A stretch of 64,000 nt of DNA from Octopus sinensis (taxonomy: Eukaryota): contig NC_043002.1 in NCBI RefSeq assembly GCF_006345805.1, positions 43,648,001 to 43,712,000 on the forward strand, written 5' to 3'. The position numbers and the translations under genes were made by a program. Below the pieces are notes generated by a model. It was given only the letters and a program-made list of their open reading frames with translations, made no database searches and was not told the DNA's origin. This document shows, piece after piece, positions 39,000 through 50,869 of this stretch (position 1 is the first letter of the stretch; every line of letters begins with the position of its first letter).

Positions 39000-40145
39000 G
39001 TATTACTCCACCAGCAATGAAGTCTTCCCGTAAGAAAGAAACATGCATCTAACAAAGATATAAAGCTCCATCTTTGGAATGTAGATAAGAAAACAAATTT
39101 ACAGTTTGAACTTGGGAAATATCTTGCCTATTTCTGTCCATCCGCTTACAGATTGTGTTTGTAATGTTCACGTTAGCTGGTTGATTTCTTTTTCTGAAAA
39201 CCCTCGCTTTTCCAAATTTTCATTTAAGCATTTACTCACAAACCAAGAGCAACATTTGTTATTGGTATAAACGTGAATGTATAATCTGGGTATCGAAGCT
39301 GAAGGCTTCAAAGTAGCTATCGATAGTTATTCTTTTATCCCCCCTTTATCTTTGAAGAGATACTCGCATCAGCAGGGCATCTAACTGATTTCTATTATGG
39401 CATATATTTTTCCTGTTAGTCGCAAACAATGATATCTAACCTGTTTTGTTTGCATTTGGTGGAAGTTCTGATGGTAACATTTCTCCAATGTTCCATCTGT
39501 TGATGTTTATGTATGTATTCAACGACAGAGAAAATCTCTGTGTTTATCCTAAGGTAGACTTTTATTTCGGTTGGCATTGTATATCATTTTAGTGTCAATA
39601 TTGTGTCGCATTGGAAGGTAGCATCTTGATGGCACTTTTGGACAGCTGCCTGCTGATCATATGGCATGTCTTCTACAGAAATGTAACACAATTGGCATTT
39701 TCAGTGTCATCTTGGAACTCCAAGAACTTTACTATCTCTTTTGTTTATTATTTTGTAGCAATCTCTTGTTCTTAAATTACAAACGCAAAACCTCCGGAGT
39801 GTGAAGTGATATAGGGGTCACGAATTCAAGAAAGACTGTACTTTTTTTTATATTGCTGATGACCTCAAATCTTTGGGAGACATACACATCCATAGTCATT
39901 GTTTGGATATACTGATCGTTCACATCCAGCTCTTTCTTAGTCTTGTTTGTCAAGCACTTTTGGGGTTGTACGAGAGGTCGTTAAGAAAATAATTCTTTTT
40001 GAGGAGCTCACTGTCAACATGTAAGATATTGTTCTCTAAGCTTTGCAGTACTACCTTTGTGTATTTATTCTTGCTGCAGTTATTTTGCAAGTGCTGTCTT
40101 TTCATGTTTTTGTGGACTTTGTCGGCCATTGCCCAAAGTGTGAAT
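39000..40145 (-). mobile_element. Heavily decayed transposon-like ORF remnant
   Basis: Coding-like composition with many stops; weak resemblance to the family at 42230-43390. Confidence 0.25.
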
Positions 40146-40149
40146 ACTG

Positions 40150-40695
40150 CACATAATTCTAATTTCTAACTTTGGCACAGCACAACGTCGTAAAATATCA
40201 GATTGAATAATAGTCTATTAAATTGACTCTAGTAAATCATTGGTTTCTATTTTACAGATTACCAGAAGAACGAAATGTTATTAAAATTCATTTCATAAAT
40301 AAGCACACGGTCACGCGCATATTGGAAATGTATACAGTAAATTAAGTTAACCCCAATACTTGAATAATACTTGTTCTATTTGACTTCTTGAAAGGATGTA
40401 TAAATAGTAGTAAAAACACAGTGATAGATAAAAATATTTTTGTACGATGGAAAAAATTTTATATTCTCAGAGTGTTACAGAATTTTTTACGATATTTCTT
40501 TTAGTATTAGAATCTAATAATAACGACATTCTCAGCTTTTCTACTAAGAGGAACTAGCTGTTTCGTATCAAAGCATAATTCTCAACCCGTTTATTACATT
40601 ATTATGGTGTGACTATACTATGTGAAAGAACAGATAGCAATAAGAGCAAGATATTTCTTGTGAAGAACATTTTTTCTTTCAAAGTGACAAAAAAA
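40150..40695 (-). other. Partial paralogous module F
   Basis: 40160-40400 aligns with 25205-25470 (caac.tcgtaaaa, gtctattaaa, attaaaatt.atttcata); aagatatttct..gaag at ~40650 as in the module B exon; cut by a Tc1 fragment. Confidence 0.45.
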
Positions 40696-40698
40696 TTT

Positions 40699-41020
40699 CC
40701 CCAGAAGAAAAAAATCGGGCTAGTCAAGTCTGGGGAACACGAAGGCCAGTTGACATTTGCGTAGCGGGAGATTATTCTCTTTCCATAAAACTGCTGTAGC
40801 AACTGTGATATGAGTAGTTGCCTCATCTTGCTGGAATCATGTGTGAAGTCTACTTTGATTGGCCGAGCGCAAAAAGGTTTCAATCATGGATGCCTGAAAG
40901 AGAAGGTTTACGTCAACAAACGGGATACCCTAGTGCAACTGAAGGAGAACATCAGTAGAGAAATCAGAGAAGTAGGGTTTGAAACTCATGAGAGTATTAT
41001 GGTGCAAGTTTTGGAAAGAA
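40699..41020. mobile_element. Tc1/mariner transposase fragment with internal inversion
   Basis: (-) NWPSCSPDLTSPIFFFWG, continued on (+) by GCLKEKVYVNKRDTLVQLKENI. Confidence 0.8.
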
Positions 41021-41478
41021 AACAGACGTACATCTATACATATATATATATTTGTGGTGAAACCTGTGGTATAAACGAACACAAGTGGAATCATGAAATC
41101 ATACGGGAGAAAAACAGTTCGAGTGTGAAATTTGCGGCGAAATATTTACTCGAAACAGTTCTTTCTCAATGCACAAAAAGAAACATGGTGCGAGTAAACA
41201 TCACCAGTGTGAAATCTGTGGTAAAACATTAACTGAAGTGAACAGTTTATCTTGCCATAAACGTGTTACAGGGAAAAAATTCAATTTAGAAACACTAAAT
41301 CAAATTTCACACAATATAATATAATATATACACAGAGATAGATAGACAGATAGTGTTATCTCCATAGTAACTTACAAGTTTTGATTCAAAATGCGGAAAT
41401 TTTGCGCGCAAGTCTATCAACACAACATAGTACAGGCTTCAAAAAGGATGTATTGCTACTTCTTTTGCTTGTGTGTGT

Positions 41479-41517
<39 letters not shown>

Positions 41518-41639
41518 CGTGTGCGTGCGTGTGTATGTGTGTGTGCGTTTCCTTGTCTTTCGACGTACAGACAACGTAACACAAGACTTTAACTTCGAGC
41601 AATTCACGAAGTTACGTGCATGATTAACAAACATTTTTA

Positions 41640-42210
41640 TCTGCAACGAAACAATATTTTCTCAGCCTTTCTTTATTCTGTGTGTGTCTGCGTGCTTTTC
41701 TTGTTTCTTTGAGTGAGACACTGACATTTTAAATGATTTTCAATTGTTGTGTGTGATACATTTAACCTCGCTGCAATCTTTCGCACAGTTATATGACAAT
41801 CAGATTCAATTACGGCTTTGATACGGTCATCTTCAACTTCAGTAGGTCGACCAGAACGTTGGTCATCTTTGAGTGAAAGATCTCCAGAACGGAATTTTTA
41901 AAACCATTTCTGACATCTGCGTTCTGTTAAGTAATCAACACCATAAACTTTACATATTACTTCGTGACCCTCCGCAGCTTTCTTGCCTTTACGGAAAGAA
42001 TAAAATTAAAATATGGCGAAAACGTTCGTTTTTGCACTCCGTGTGAACTAACAGCTGTAAACAAAATTATGCGCAATTTGCTCCTAATGTAAGCTAAAAG
42101 TAACGGCTATCAAATGTCAAAAGGAAAAAATCATATCATTGACAAAAGTTATTCAAAAATATCGTAACTCTATTTGCGAAAAACGAAATTACTTTCTTGC
42201 CAACCCAATA
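41640..42210 (-). mobile_element. mariner remnant (TIR plus HTH region)
   Basis: tattgggttggcaagaaagtaa terminus; CQKWFKKFRSGDLSLKDDQRSGRPTEV. Confidence 0.85.
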
Positions 42211-42229
42211 TTTTGTAAAACGCATCAGA

Positions 42230-43390
42230 ACCACAGGAACATAAGTTGTTGAAATCCAACCAAACATCACAAACCAAAAGCGACCGTCCACTTCAATAAG
42301 TTCCTCAATACAGGTGAGAATAAAGAGCAATTTGTAAAGTACCATTTTCATACTGAGTGAAAGTGCCCGGTAAATTTGTACAAGGACGTGATATGAAGAA
42401 GAGGAATATGATCTTCCAAGGTAACATAGAGTGATGAAAATTATACTCGTGTCGGAACTCTTTTGTAATCATAAGGAAGCAAATATCTGCTTATTCTTGT
42501 ATGCAGGCACCATCATCAGTTAACATCTTCGACATCCACATCAATTCCACTAGATGTGGTTACAAAGTCAGCGTGAGATGTGAACAGAAGTTTACGACGC
42601 ACTAGTTGTGACAAAATCTAACTTTTGACAGTATTCAGCATGGCTTTGACGCTGTAACCTCGCTGCTTGGGTTCCATCCATTCACTGACAGTGATTCTGT
42701 AAGTATATTCTTTAGAAAAAGAATGATTAAGCCTTTCCGAGTGCTACGAACATGTCAAGAGCTTGGTATGCCTTTTGTCACTTCTAACAATATGATTTCT
42801 GGTTTGGATTAGTTTACATATCATATGTACGGGTATTGAAAGCTTCAGATGTGAATGTTGCTTAGGGATACGTTCCGACTTGGTACACTCACAGAAAAGT
42901 CACATACTTGAAACGAAGAGTCTCTTGTGAAACAATGTGTGCGCATTATCAAGAGGTTGATTTGGAACTAATTCAAAACATCAATTCTCCAAATAAGAAG
43001 AGATGGAAGCTTGGGGAAGTTGATGATCTCAAGGACCTTCAAATTAAATGATATAATCTTCCACCAGTCCTTGGAGGCATTGTAAAACTCACCAGTTGCA
43101 ACTGCAAAAAAGACAATTTCAAGCATGGATGAAGTGCAAACATCTTCAAATGCATCATGCTGAAGAGAAATTGGATTGTGATGCATAAATATGTGTAAAC
43201 GATCTGGTTGCCAGAGCATAGTAAATGAAGCTGTTGCATTTGATGTTAAGAATGAGACACTGATGATGAAGGGTGAAAACAATATATATAAAAAGACCTT
43301 CCCTTTACAGTATTTAAATACAAGGAGCAAAATAAACACACAGCTGGAAGCAAAGTATGTCGAAAACGATACGCCTTGTCTATGCTGATC
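42230..43390 (+). mobile_element. Decayed putative DNA-transposon ORF (HEEADT-type nuclease-like plus Cys-rich C-terminus)
   Basis: NHKEANICLFL, LLGFHPFTDSDSVSIFFRKG and SCNCKK remnants; many stops; superfamily not assigned. Confidence 0.5.
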
Positions 43391-43469
43391 ATTTTGAGTT
43401 AGTGTCCTTATTCAATGCATGTGAAATACACAAAGCTTTTCATGGACGCAGGGATAGCTAGCTAAAGAC

Positions 43470-43860
43470 GAGGCGTGGCAATGTGGTACATAGGCTCTCT
43501 TTGCAACCACGTAATTTCGGGTTAAGTTCCACTGCATGGCACTTTAATCAAGTGTCTTCTACTATAGCCCCAGGCTGACCAATGCCATATGAGTGAATTT
43601 GGCAGCCAGAATCAATGAGGAAGTGCGTCGTATGTATGTGAGTGTGTATATGCGTATGTGTGTGTGTGTTTATCTCACTACCGCAACCTCCGCTTGATAG
43701 CTGGTGTTTGTTTATAGTTCCGTTACTTAGCGGTTTATTCAAAGTTACCGATAGAATAAGAAATGCCAGATTTAAAAATTAGCACTGAGATTGATTTGTT
43801 CGACTAAACCCTTCAAGGCGATACCCCAGCAAGGCCGCAGTCCAATGACTGAAATAAAAG
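43470..43860 (+). mobile_element. SINE family A, older copy
   Basis: caagtgtcttctactatagcc...ggccgcagtccaatgactgaaa. Confidence 0.85.
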
Positions 43861-44427
43861 AAAAAAGGAAGCTATAAGATAGTAAATCCTAGAACTGGTA
43901 TTTTCTTCATTAAGCAAGTTTTTTGTTTTTTTTATCAGGATCTTTTTTTATGAGTTCATGTATTTTGTGCGACTTGTAGAATGATTATTAAAACCCTGTA
44001 CTGCAGTTTCTAAAAGCTTATATAACATAACTGCTTTCTTAAAATTGATGAACATCATTGCAAAATTGATCCGAGTAACATCATACCTTTACATGAGCTT
44101 TTGTTAATTTCATACATAGAATTGCATTGAATAAGCTAAAAAAAAAAATAGAGAGTATCCCTTTACTATATTATAACCATGAAATTATGTACAGTATCCC
44201 TTTACTATATTAAAAATCCCACGCAAATTGCAAAGAAATGTTATCATCGCATGAATATATACTTCATGTGTGATCTATCAACATGCGTTTTCCTTAACTA
44301 TACGCTAACAAAATTATATGTCTCCTTTGTATTTACTGAGAGGTTAACAACACAGCCTCCTACAGATTTAATTAGCTTAAGCTATTCGATGGATCTGGAA
44401 ACGTCAATATCATACTAATCAACATGT

Positions 44428-44814
44428 TACTCTTGTACTCTTTTACTTGTTTCAGTCATTTGACTGCGGCCATGCTGGAGCACCGCCTTTAGTCTAGCAA
44501 TTCTACCCCAGAACTTATTCTTTGGAAGCCCAGTACTTATTCTATCGGTCTCTTTTGCCGAACCGCTAGCTTACGGGGACGTAAACACACCACCACCGGT
44601 TGTCAAGCGATGTTGGGGGGTGGCAAACAGACAAGCATACACACATATATGTATATATACATATATACGACGGGCTTCTTTCAGTTTCCGTATACCAAAT
44701 CCACTCACAAGGCTTTGATCGGCCCGAGGCTATAGTAGAAGATACTTGCCCAAGGTTCCACGCAGTGGGACTGAACCCGGAACCATGTGGTTGGTAAGCA
44801 AGCTACTTACCACA
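44428..44814 (-). mobile_element. SINE family A, young copy
   Basis: Near-identical to 8991-9391. Confidence 0.92.
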
Positions 44815-44819
44815 CGAGC

Positions 44820-44998
44820 AGGCATAGCAGCGTTGTTAAGAAACTAACTTTGCAGCTACGTAGTTTCGGGTTACGTCTCACTGCATGACACTTTGGTTAA
44901 GTGTTTTCTGTTATATCTCCGGGCCGACCAATGCCTTTAAGTGAAGTTAGTAGACGGAAACTGTGTACAAGCTGCCATATATGTGTGTGTGTGTGTGT

Positions 44999-45038
<40 letters not shown>

Positions 45039-45440
45039 CGTGTGCGTATGTATGTGTGTGTGTGTATGTGTGCGTATGTGTGTGTGTGTGTGCGTGTGTA
45101 TGTGTATGTCTGTGTGTGTATGTGTGTATGTGCGCGCGTGTGTATGTGCATGTGTGTGTGTATGTGTGTGTGTATGTGTGTGTGTGCGTGCGTGTGTATG
45201 TGTGTGCGCGTGTGCATGTGTGCGTGTGTATGTGTGTGTGTGCATGTGCGTGATTTCTACTTCCTCCAGCGTTTGACCACCGATGTAGGCTTGTTTATAT
45301 CTCCATAAATTAGCGGTTCGGCAAATATTCCGATAAAATAAGTATCAGACAAATAAGTACTGCTATCGATTTCTTCGACTACACCATTCAAGGTATAGCC
45401 CTAGCATGACCACAGTTCAATGGCTGAAACAAGTAAAGGA
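44820..45440 (+). mobile_element. SINE family A with expanded internal (TG)n, head-to-head with the previous copy
   Basis: Decayed head, ~270-bp TG tract, ctgaaacaagtaaa tail. Confidence 0.8.
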
Positions 45441-45483
45441 TAAAAATATACCATGAATTAATGTGGAATATCAATCAAAGATT

Positions 45484-46077
45484 GCGAGCTGGTAGAATCT
45501 TTAGCACGCTAGGCGAAATGCTTAGCGGTATTTCGTCTGCCGTTACATTCTGAGTTCAAATTCCATCGAGGTCGACTTTGCCTTTCGTCCTTTCGGGGTC
45601 GATAAATTAAGTACCAGTTACGCACTGGGGTCGATGTAGTCGACTTAATCTGTTTGTCTGTCCTTGTTTGTCTTCTCTGTGTTTAGCCCCTTGTGGGTAG
45701 TAAAGAAATAGGTATTTCGTCTGCCGCTATGTTCTGAGTTCAAATTCTGCCGAGGTCGACTTTGCATTTCATCCTTTCGGGGTCGATTAAATAAGTATCA
45801 GTTACGCGTGGGGTCAATATAATCGACTTAATCCGTTTGTCTATCCTTGTTTGTCCCCTCTATGTTCAGCCCCTTGTGGGTAGTAAGGAAATTAGAATAT
45901 TTAGCACGCTGGGCAAAATAGTTAGAGACATTTCGTACGTCTTCACCGTTTGATTTTAAATTCTGCTGAGGTGGTCTTTGCCTTTCATCCATCCGGGTCG
46001 ATACAGTAACTACCAGTCGGACACTGGGGTCGATCCAATCTACCGAGCTTCTTGGCCTTGTGCTAAAATTTGAAAGC
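45484..46077 (+). mobile_element. SINE family B trimer
   Basis: Three tandem bodies. Confidence 0.88.
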
Positions 46078-46081
46078 AATA

Positions 46082-46308
46082 TATTGGGTTGTCCGGAAAG
46101 TTAGTGCCGATTTATAGTAGCTTACCTTCGACTTACCCTCCCAGGCACCTCAATTCTGGGAAGAGGGTATTTTCAAGTTAAAGGAAAGATGGAGACGCAT
46201 TGTGCAACAAAATGGTTCATATTTGGTTGATTAAAAATGTAATGGCAAGTATTTATTGACCATTTTCTTTCCTTTAAAAATCGGCACGAACTTTCCGGAC
46301 AACCCAAT
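46082..46308. mobile_element. mariner-derived MITE
   Basis: ~30-bp TIRs ttgggttgtccggaaagtt.gtgccgattt and aaatcggcacgaactttccggacaacccaa; internal FWEEGIFKLKERWRRIVQQNGSYLVD. Confidence 0.9.
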
Positions 46309-46635
46309 CTCTATATATATAAAGCTGAAGTTGTCTGTGTATGGCAAGTTTGGTAACCTTCAACTAATACTATCTCCTCCGAGACCCTGCGGCGCAAGTT
46401 GACCAAAATTGAGAGTATGATAGAAGAAGGCTTGCTCTTTATTCCGTAGACGATAAAATTCAAATTGGACCATGTTAACAACAAAAATTATTTACATAAA
46501 AAATGGTGCTTTTTTTCTATGAAAATCCCTAGTTTCTACGATTTTTTTACTGCTGTGTCGCCATTTTTCGGTGTATTTCAACCAGAAAAATGTTGACTTA
46601 AAGCGAATAAGCTACATAATGCAAAATTCCAATAC
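46308..46635 (+). mobile_element. Non-autonomous Helitron 5' part, inserted at the mariner terminus
   Basis: Near-identical to 11763-12100. Confidence 0.75.
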
Positions 46636-46679
46636 TGCTATTAGTATGTTAATCAACACGTGCTCTACTTGTTGAAACT

Positions 46680-47249
46680 TTGAAACTTCATTTAATTGAA
46701 AAACAAAATTAAATATTTTTTCCTGACGTTGTTTCATAAATTAGGTCTCTGCACTAAAACGAAGGCGCAGTTTCAAATAAAAGGAAAGGCCACACCAATA
46801 TTTAAGCAAAAACGAAAAACTGTTGGTTTTGCTGTTGTTGCTGTTGTAGTTGCTGCTGTTGCAATTATTGCTGTAACTGCTGTAGTTGATGTTGTTGTTG
46901 CTGCTGTTGCTATTGCTGCTGTTGCAACTGCACCACGGAGACCAATAAGTTCTCAATGTTAACCGAGTTTTCTTTGGTTTCGCACCAAAGAAAAAGATAA
47001 AGTTAAAACAACAAACACAAGCTTCGAACAACTCGTCGCTACTTTTATATCCTTGTATGTTGGACATGTAATTTAACGAAACAGGGGGGAAATAAAATAA
47101 TTACACAACGCACTGCTATTACTATTACACGAGACTCAACACTCTGTATTAACGGCTCACAATGAACTGCTTACCAATCCAAACTGCCAATCGCTCACAG
47201 TCAGGCAACATTTAGTCACTTTGTGGATGGTCGAAATCCTTCCACAACA
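46680..47249 (-). mobile_element. Gypsy-like remnant: LTR, PBS-like site and Gln-rich gag start (-), plus an inverted pol-like piece (+)
   Basis: (-) tgttgtggaagg start, ggatataaaag, tggtgcgaaacc, (CAR)n; (+) LGLCTKTKAQFQIKGKATPIFKQKR. Confidence 0.55.
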
Positions 47250-47569
47250 GCTAAGTGACCGTAATAGCCAAGTGTGTTAACAGAAGGTGATGTTTAGGAA
47301 TAATAGTTGGACTGGTGGTTATGGCGATTTCAAGCAGACGGCTTCATTTCAGATTCACCGTTAACCACTCAGAAATTTTAGGCTAGTTTAACAATTTTTG
47401 GTTAGTATAACAAAAACACTTAAACATCTCTATTACGTGTGTTAATTTATATAATCACGAATTTTCATCGATCAGAAACTTTAGCCAATCAAAACCTAGT
47501 AGATATGTTAGTTTTCTTTCTGTTAGCTGTAACAAACGAGAAGATACATTGGTTTTCTTTCTCTTAGCT

Positions 47570-47880
47570 GTAAATAACATCTTTGCACCTACAGTTATCC
47601 TGCTCTCTATTTCCTTTCCCTCTTACTATCAGGAAGCTTCTATCTTGCCCTCGACTCGATAGAATAATTTAAACAATTTAAATGCACGAACAATTAACTA
47701 CTTGTTCTCCTTATTGATGGTCTATTATCTTATCACATACAATTGACTCTAAAGCACTAATCATTTCACTGACACATAAACATGAGAATATGCAATTTTC
47801 CATAGCGCATTTCTACAGCAGTAAATTATCAAAATGACGTCGATGTAACATCTTCACAATCTCATTTATTTAAACGATGC
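47570..47880 (-). other. Tentative paralogous module I
   Basis: tgacgtcg 47835-47842 followed by tcacaa..catttatt; donor-like ATA|GTAAGA ~47625; aataacat block. Confidence 0.25.
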
Positions 47881-48104
47881 ATTGACTAATGTTGCACTTT
47901 AAGATCTGATGTTTTCCAGGTCTTAATTCTGTCCTACATATATTCTCAAATCACGTGCTGTATAATTATTATTGCAGTGTACTATCAACTAGATCAGAAG
48001 AAATGTATTTTTGTTGGTATTTAGAAAATAAAAGGGAAAATTATATGTAACCAATTTTTGTCCATTATCTACGAGCAGTCTTTTATTATTTTCCTTTTAA
48101 AACT

Positions 48105-48159
<55 letters not shown>

Positions 48160-49106
48160 TGTGTGTGTGTGTGTGAGTGTGTGTTTGTGTGTGTGCACGC
48201 GTGTGTGTGTGTACACGCGTGTGTGCGAGTGTGTGTGTTGATTGTTTAGAAACTTACTTTCTTTAAAATGGTCATTTTTGTTAATGATGTTTTTTAATTA
48301 TATTTGAGCGAGTATTTTGGTAAACTCTTGCCTTTCTAGAGGTGTTCGTACTTCTTTCGGACACAGTAGTCTGATGCTGGTTACATGATTAGTTGAATAC
48401 CGTGTTTCTGTATTTTGAAATAATGATAACTCAACAAGCATTCAAGACGGGGGTGATTCTTTTTTTTTTCTTTTCTGGTATATTATACTATTCAAGATAA
48501 AAATGCGTAGTACCTCGAAGCATTGTAAGTAAAAAGTAAAATAAAGCATTGAAGGTGGAGAGCGTAAAATGCAAAGCGTAATAAGTTTAATAACCTTTAT
48601 GTTTCAGGTACAATGGCTCATCATCAGAAATAAACAATCAAGAAATGTTTGTCTACCGGCACTAGACTAATGTTTGTCGATTTTTTACTTCCGAAGAGGG
48701 GTCTGTGTTTGAAATATAAAGATTTTTAAACGTATTTTTTTTTGTACTGTAAGAAGTTTGCCATATTAACAATTTTATTATTCATGATAATTTTGTCCCA
48801 TTTATCAATTTAGTTTTCAGACAGCAGGAAAATATTTAAAGGTGATTATGCCGTTAATAATTTTAGCAAATCCAACGACATTTTGAACTGAAGATCTTTT
48901 CCTTCTCTGTCAGAAATGCTACTGAGCAAAGTGTGTGTGTCTTATTTTTACAAAGATTTGGAAATAAAACGTCTAGTCGATACAAATCAATACTGAATGT
49001 TTAAAATTAGACCTTCAGGCAGACATTATAACGAGAATTAGTATTCACATTGACTATTTTATATATATAAATTTTGCAGTATGTGATTAAAAAGTTGCTG
49101 TTGCTG

Positions 49107-49164
<58 letters not shown>

Positions 49165-49189
49165 CAGTAGTAGTAGCTTCATCATCATC

Positions 49190-49400
49190 ATCATCATCAT
49201 TTAACGTCCACCTTCCATGCTAGCATGGGTGGGACGGTTTCACAAGAACTGTCTAGGTCGAAGCCTGCACCAGACTTCTGCGAATGTTTTGGTAGGATTT
49301 TTACAGCTGGATGCCATTCCTTACACCAACCACTCAGCAGAGTGGACTTAGCGCTTTTTCGTGGCACAAGCTCAGGCGAGGTGAGTAGTGCCTTTTACGT
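49190..49400 (-). mobile_element. RTE-type 3' end or SINE with (GAT)n tail
   Basis: (cat)n-ttaacgtcc..ttccatgctagcatggg...ggatgcc.ttcct. Confidence 0.55.
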
Positions 49401-49559
49401 GGCAGATGTGTATGTCGAGTGCAGTGTTTTCAGCGCTGATTAAGTTGCCTCTTCTCAGTGTCACTTTGGCACATTTGTCCTGCCCTATGCTTATCTCGAT
49501 GTTTTTCCTGAAAATAAGGACAATTGTTAGAAGGTTTCTTTGTTCCGTGGTATTTTTAG

Positions 49560-50098
49560 TGAAATTTTTTTAATGTATAAGTGGTTTCATTTAACAAGTT
49601 ACTTAACGGGGTCGGAGCAAAGCAGAAAATCAGGGTTGACAGCGTGTCTCCTTGGAATATCCCTCTTCTTTTGCGTATAGGGCAAGTTTTAATTACGTGT
49701 GGTTCATTTTTCAGTGTTATATTGGTTTTCCAGTTTATTGCCATTACATGATTGATATATTTTAGTTGAGTCAGAGCTAATTTATTTGTGTGGAGCGATC
49801 CAAGTATTCATGAGCGTGGAACATTGTCGAATGCTTTCTGGTAACTAATCTAAATCATGTTGAGATTTGACTTTCTCTTCTTACAATTCTCTATGATTCG
49901 ATTTACCAGAAGTCGCTCCTTACAACAATACATCCCTCTCCGGCACCTGTTTTGTTCTTCTAGCAAAACATTGTTGTTTTCCAGGCGTATCATGGGCCGG
50001 TTATAGATGAGTGATTTGAGGGTTTGTAGGTTGTTGATAGGCATGTTATTAACCTATGATTTTTTGGGGTGCATGGTGTCTTTGTTTTGGAGGATCAA
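49560..50098 (-). mobile_element. R4-like LINE RT fragment
   Basis: EEQNRCRRGMYCCKERLLVN, YQKAFDNVP, RRGIFQGDTLSTLIFC. Confidence 0.85.
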
Positions 50099-50548
50099 GG
50101 TGGCAAACTGGCAAAACGTCACCGCGCCGGAGTAAATGCTTAGCGGCATTTCTTCTGATTTTGCCTTCTGAGTTCAAATACCACCGGGGTCGGCTTTGCC
50201 TTTCATCCTTCTGGAATCGATAAAATAAGTATCTGTTGAGTGCTGGGGTCGATGTAATCGATTAACCGCTTCCCCTGAAATTGCTAGCTTTGCGCCAAAA
50301 TTCGAACCCATTATTGTTGTTGTTATTAAGGCGGCGAACTGTCAGAATCATTAGCACACCGGAAAAAATGCTTTGCGGCCTTTCTTCCGTTCTTTACGTT
50401 CTGAGTTTAAATTCTACCAAGGTCGACTTTGCTTTCATCCTTTCGGGGTCGATGAAATAAGTACCAGGTGAGCACTGAAGTTTGTGTAATCGACTTAACC
50501 AGCACCTATCAACCGAATTATCTGGTCTTGTACTAAAGTTTGGAACCA
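50098..50548 (+). mobile_element. SINE family B, two copies
   Basis: Heads at ~50098 and ~50328. Confidence 0.85.
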
Positions 50549-50869
50549 TTATTATTATATTTGTTGTTGTTATTGTTGTAAAAGAAAGGCATCGCTTTGG
50601 AAGTCGTATGTTATTGAATTTTATTGCTCTGAAGAAAGTTTTTCTTTTGCAATTTGATGTGCTTCCTGGCTTCTTTATTCTTTGTAGGAAATCTCATCTC
50701 TACCGTACCGTATTTTTTTCTCTTAGGGTCATATGCTTTGATACCCCTGATCAGTCTGAGGCATTTTTGTATTTCTGCTCTATGCGATCTCTGATGTTTG
50801 TTGGTTTGTGAAAATTTTGCTTCTTTGAGAAAAAGAAAAGCAAATTTTCCACTACTACCTGTTAACAGA

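Noticed and set aside
46696-46962. ORF with a long Ala/Val hydrophobic stretch resembling a membrane protein
   Set aside because: Antisense reading of a (CAR)n poly-Gln tract fused to a Gypsy-like fragment.
48615-48725. Further hammerhead-like cores (also ~35980-36015)
   Set aside because: Stems I and III could not be formed; too degenerate to call.
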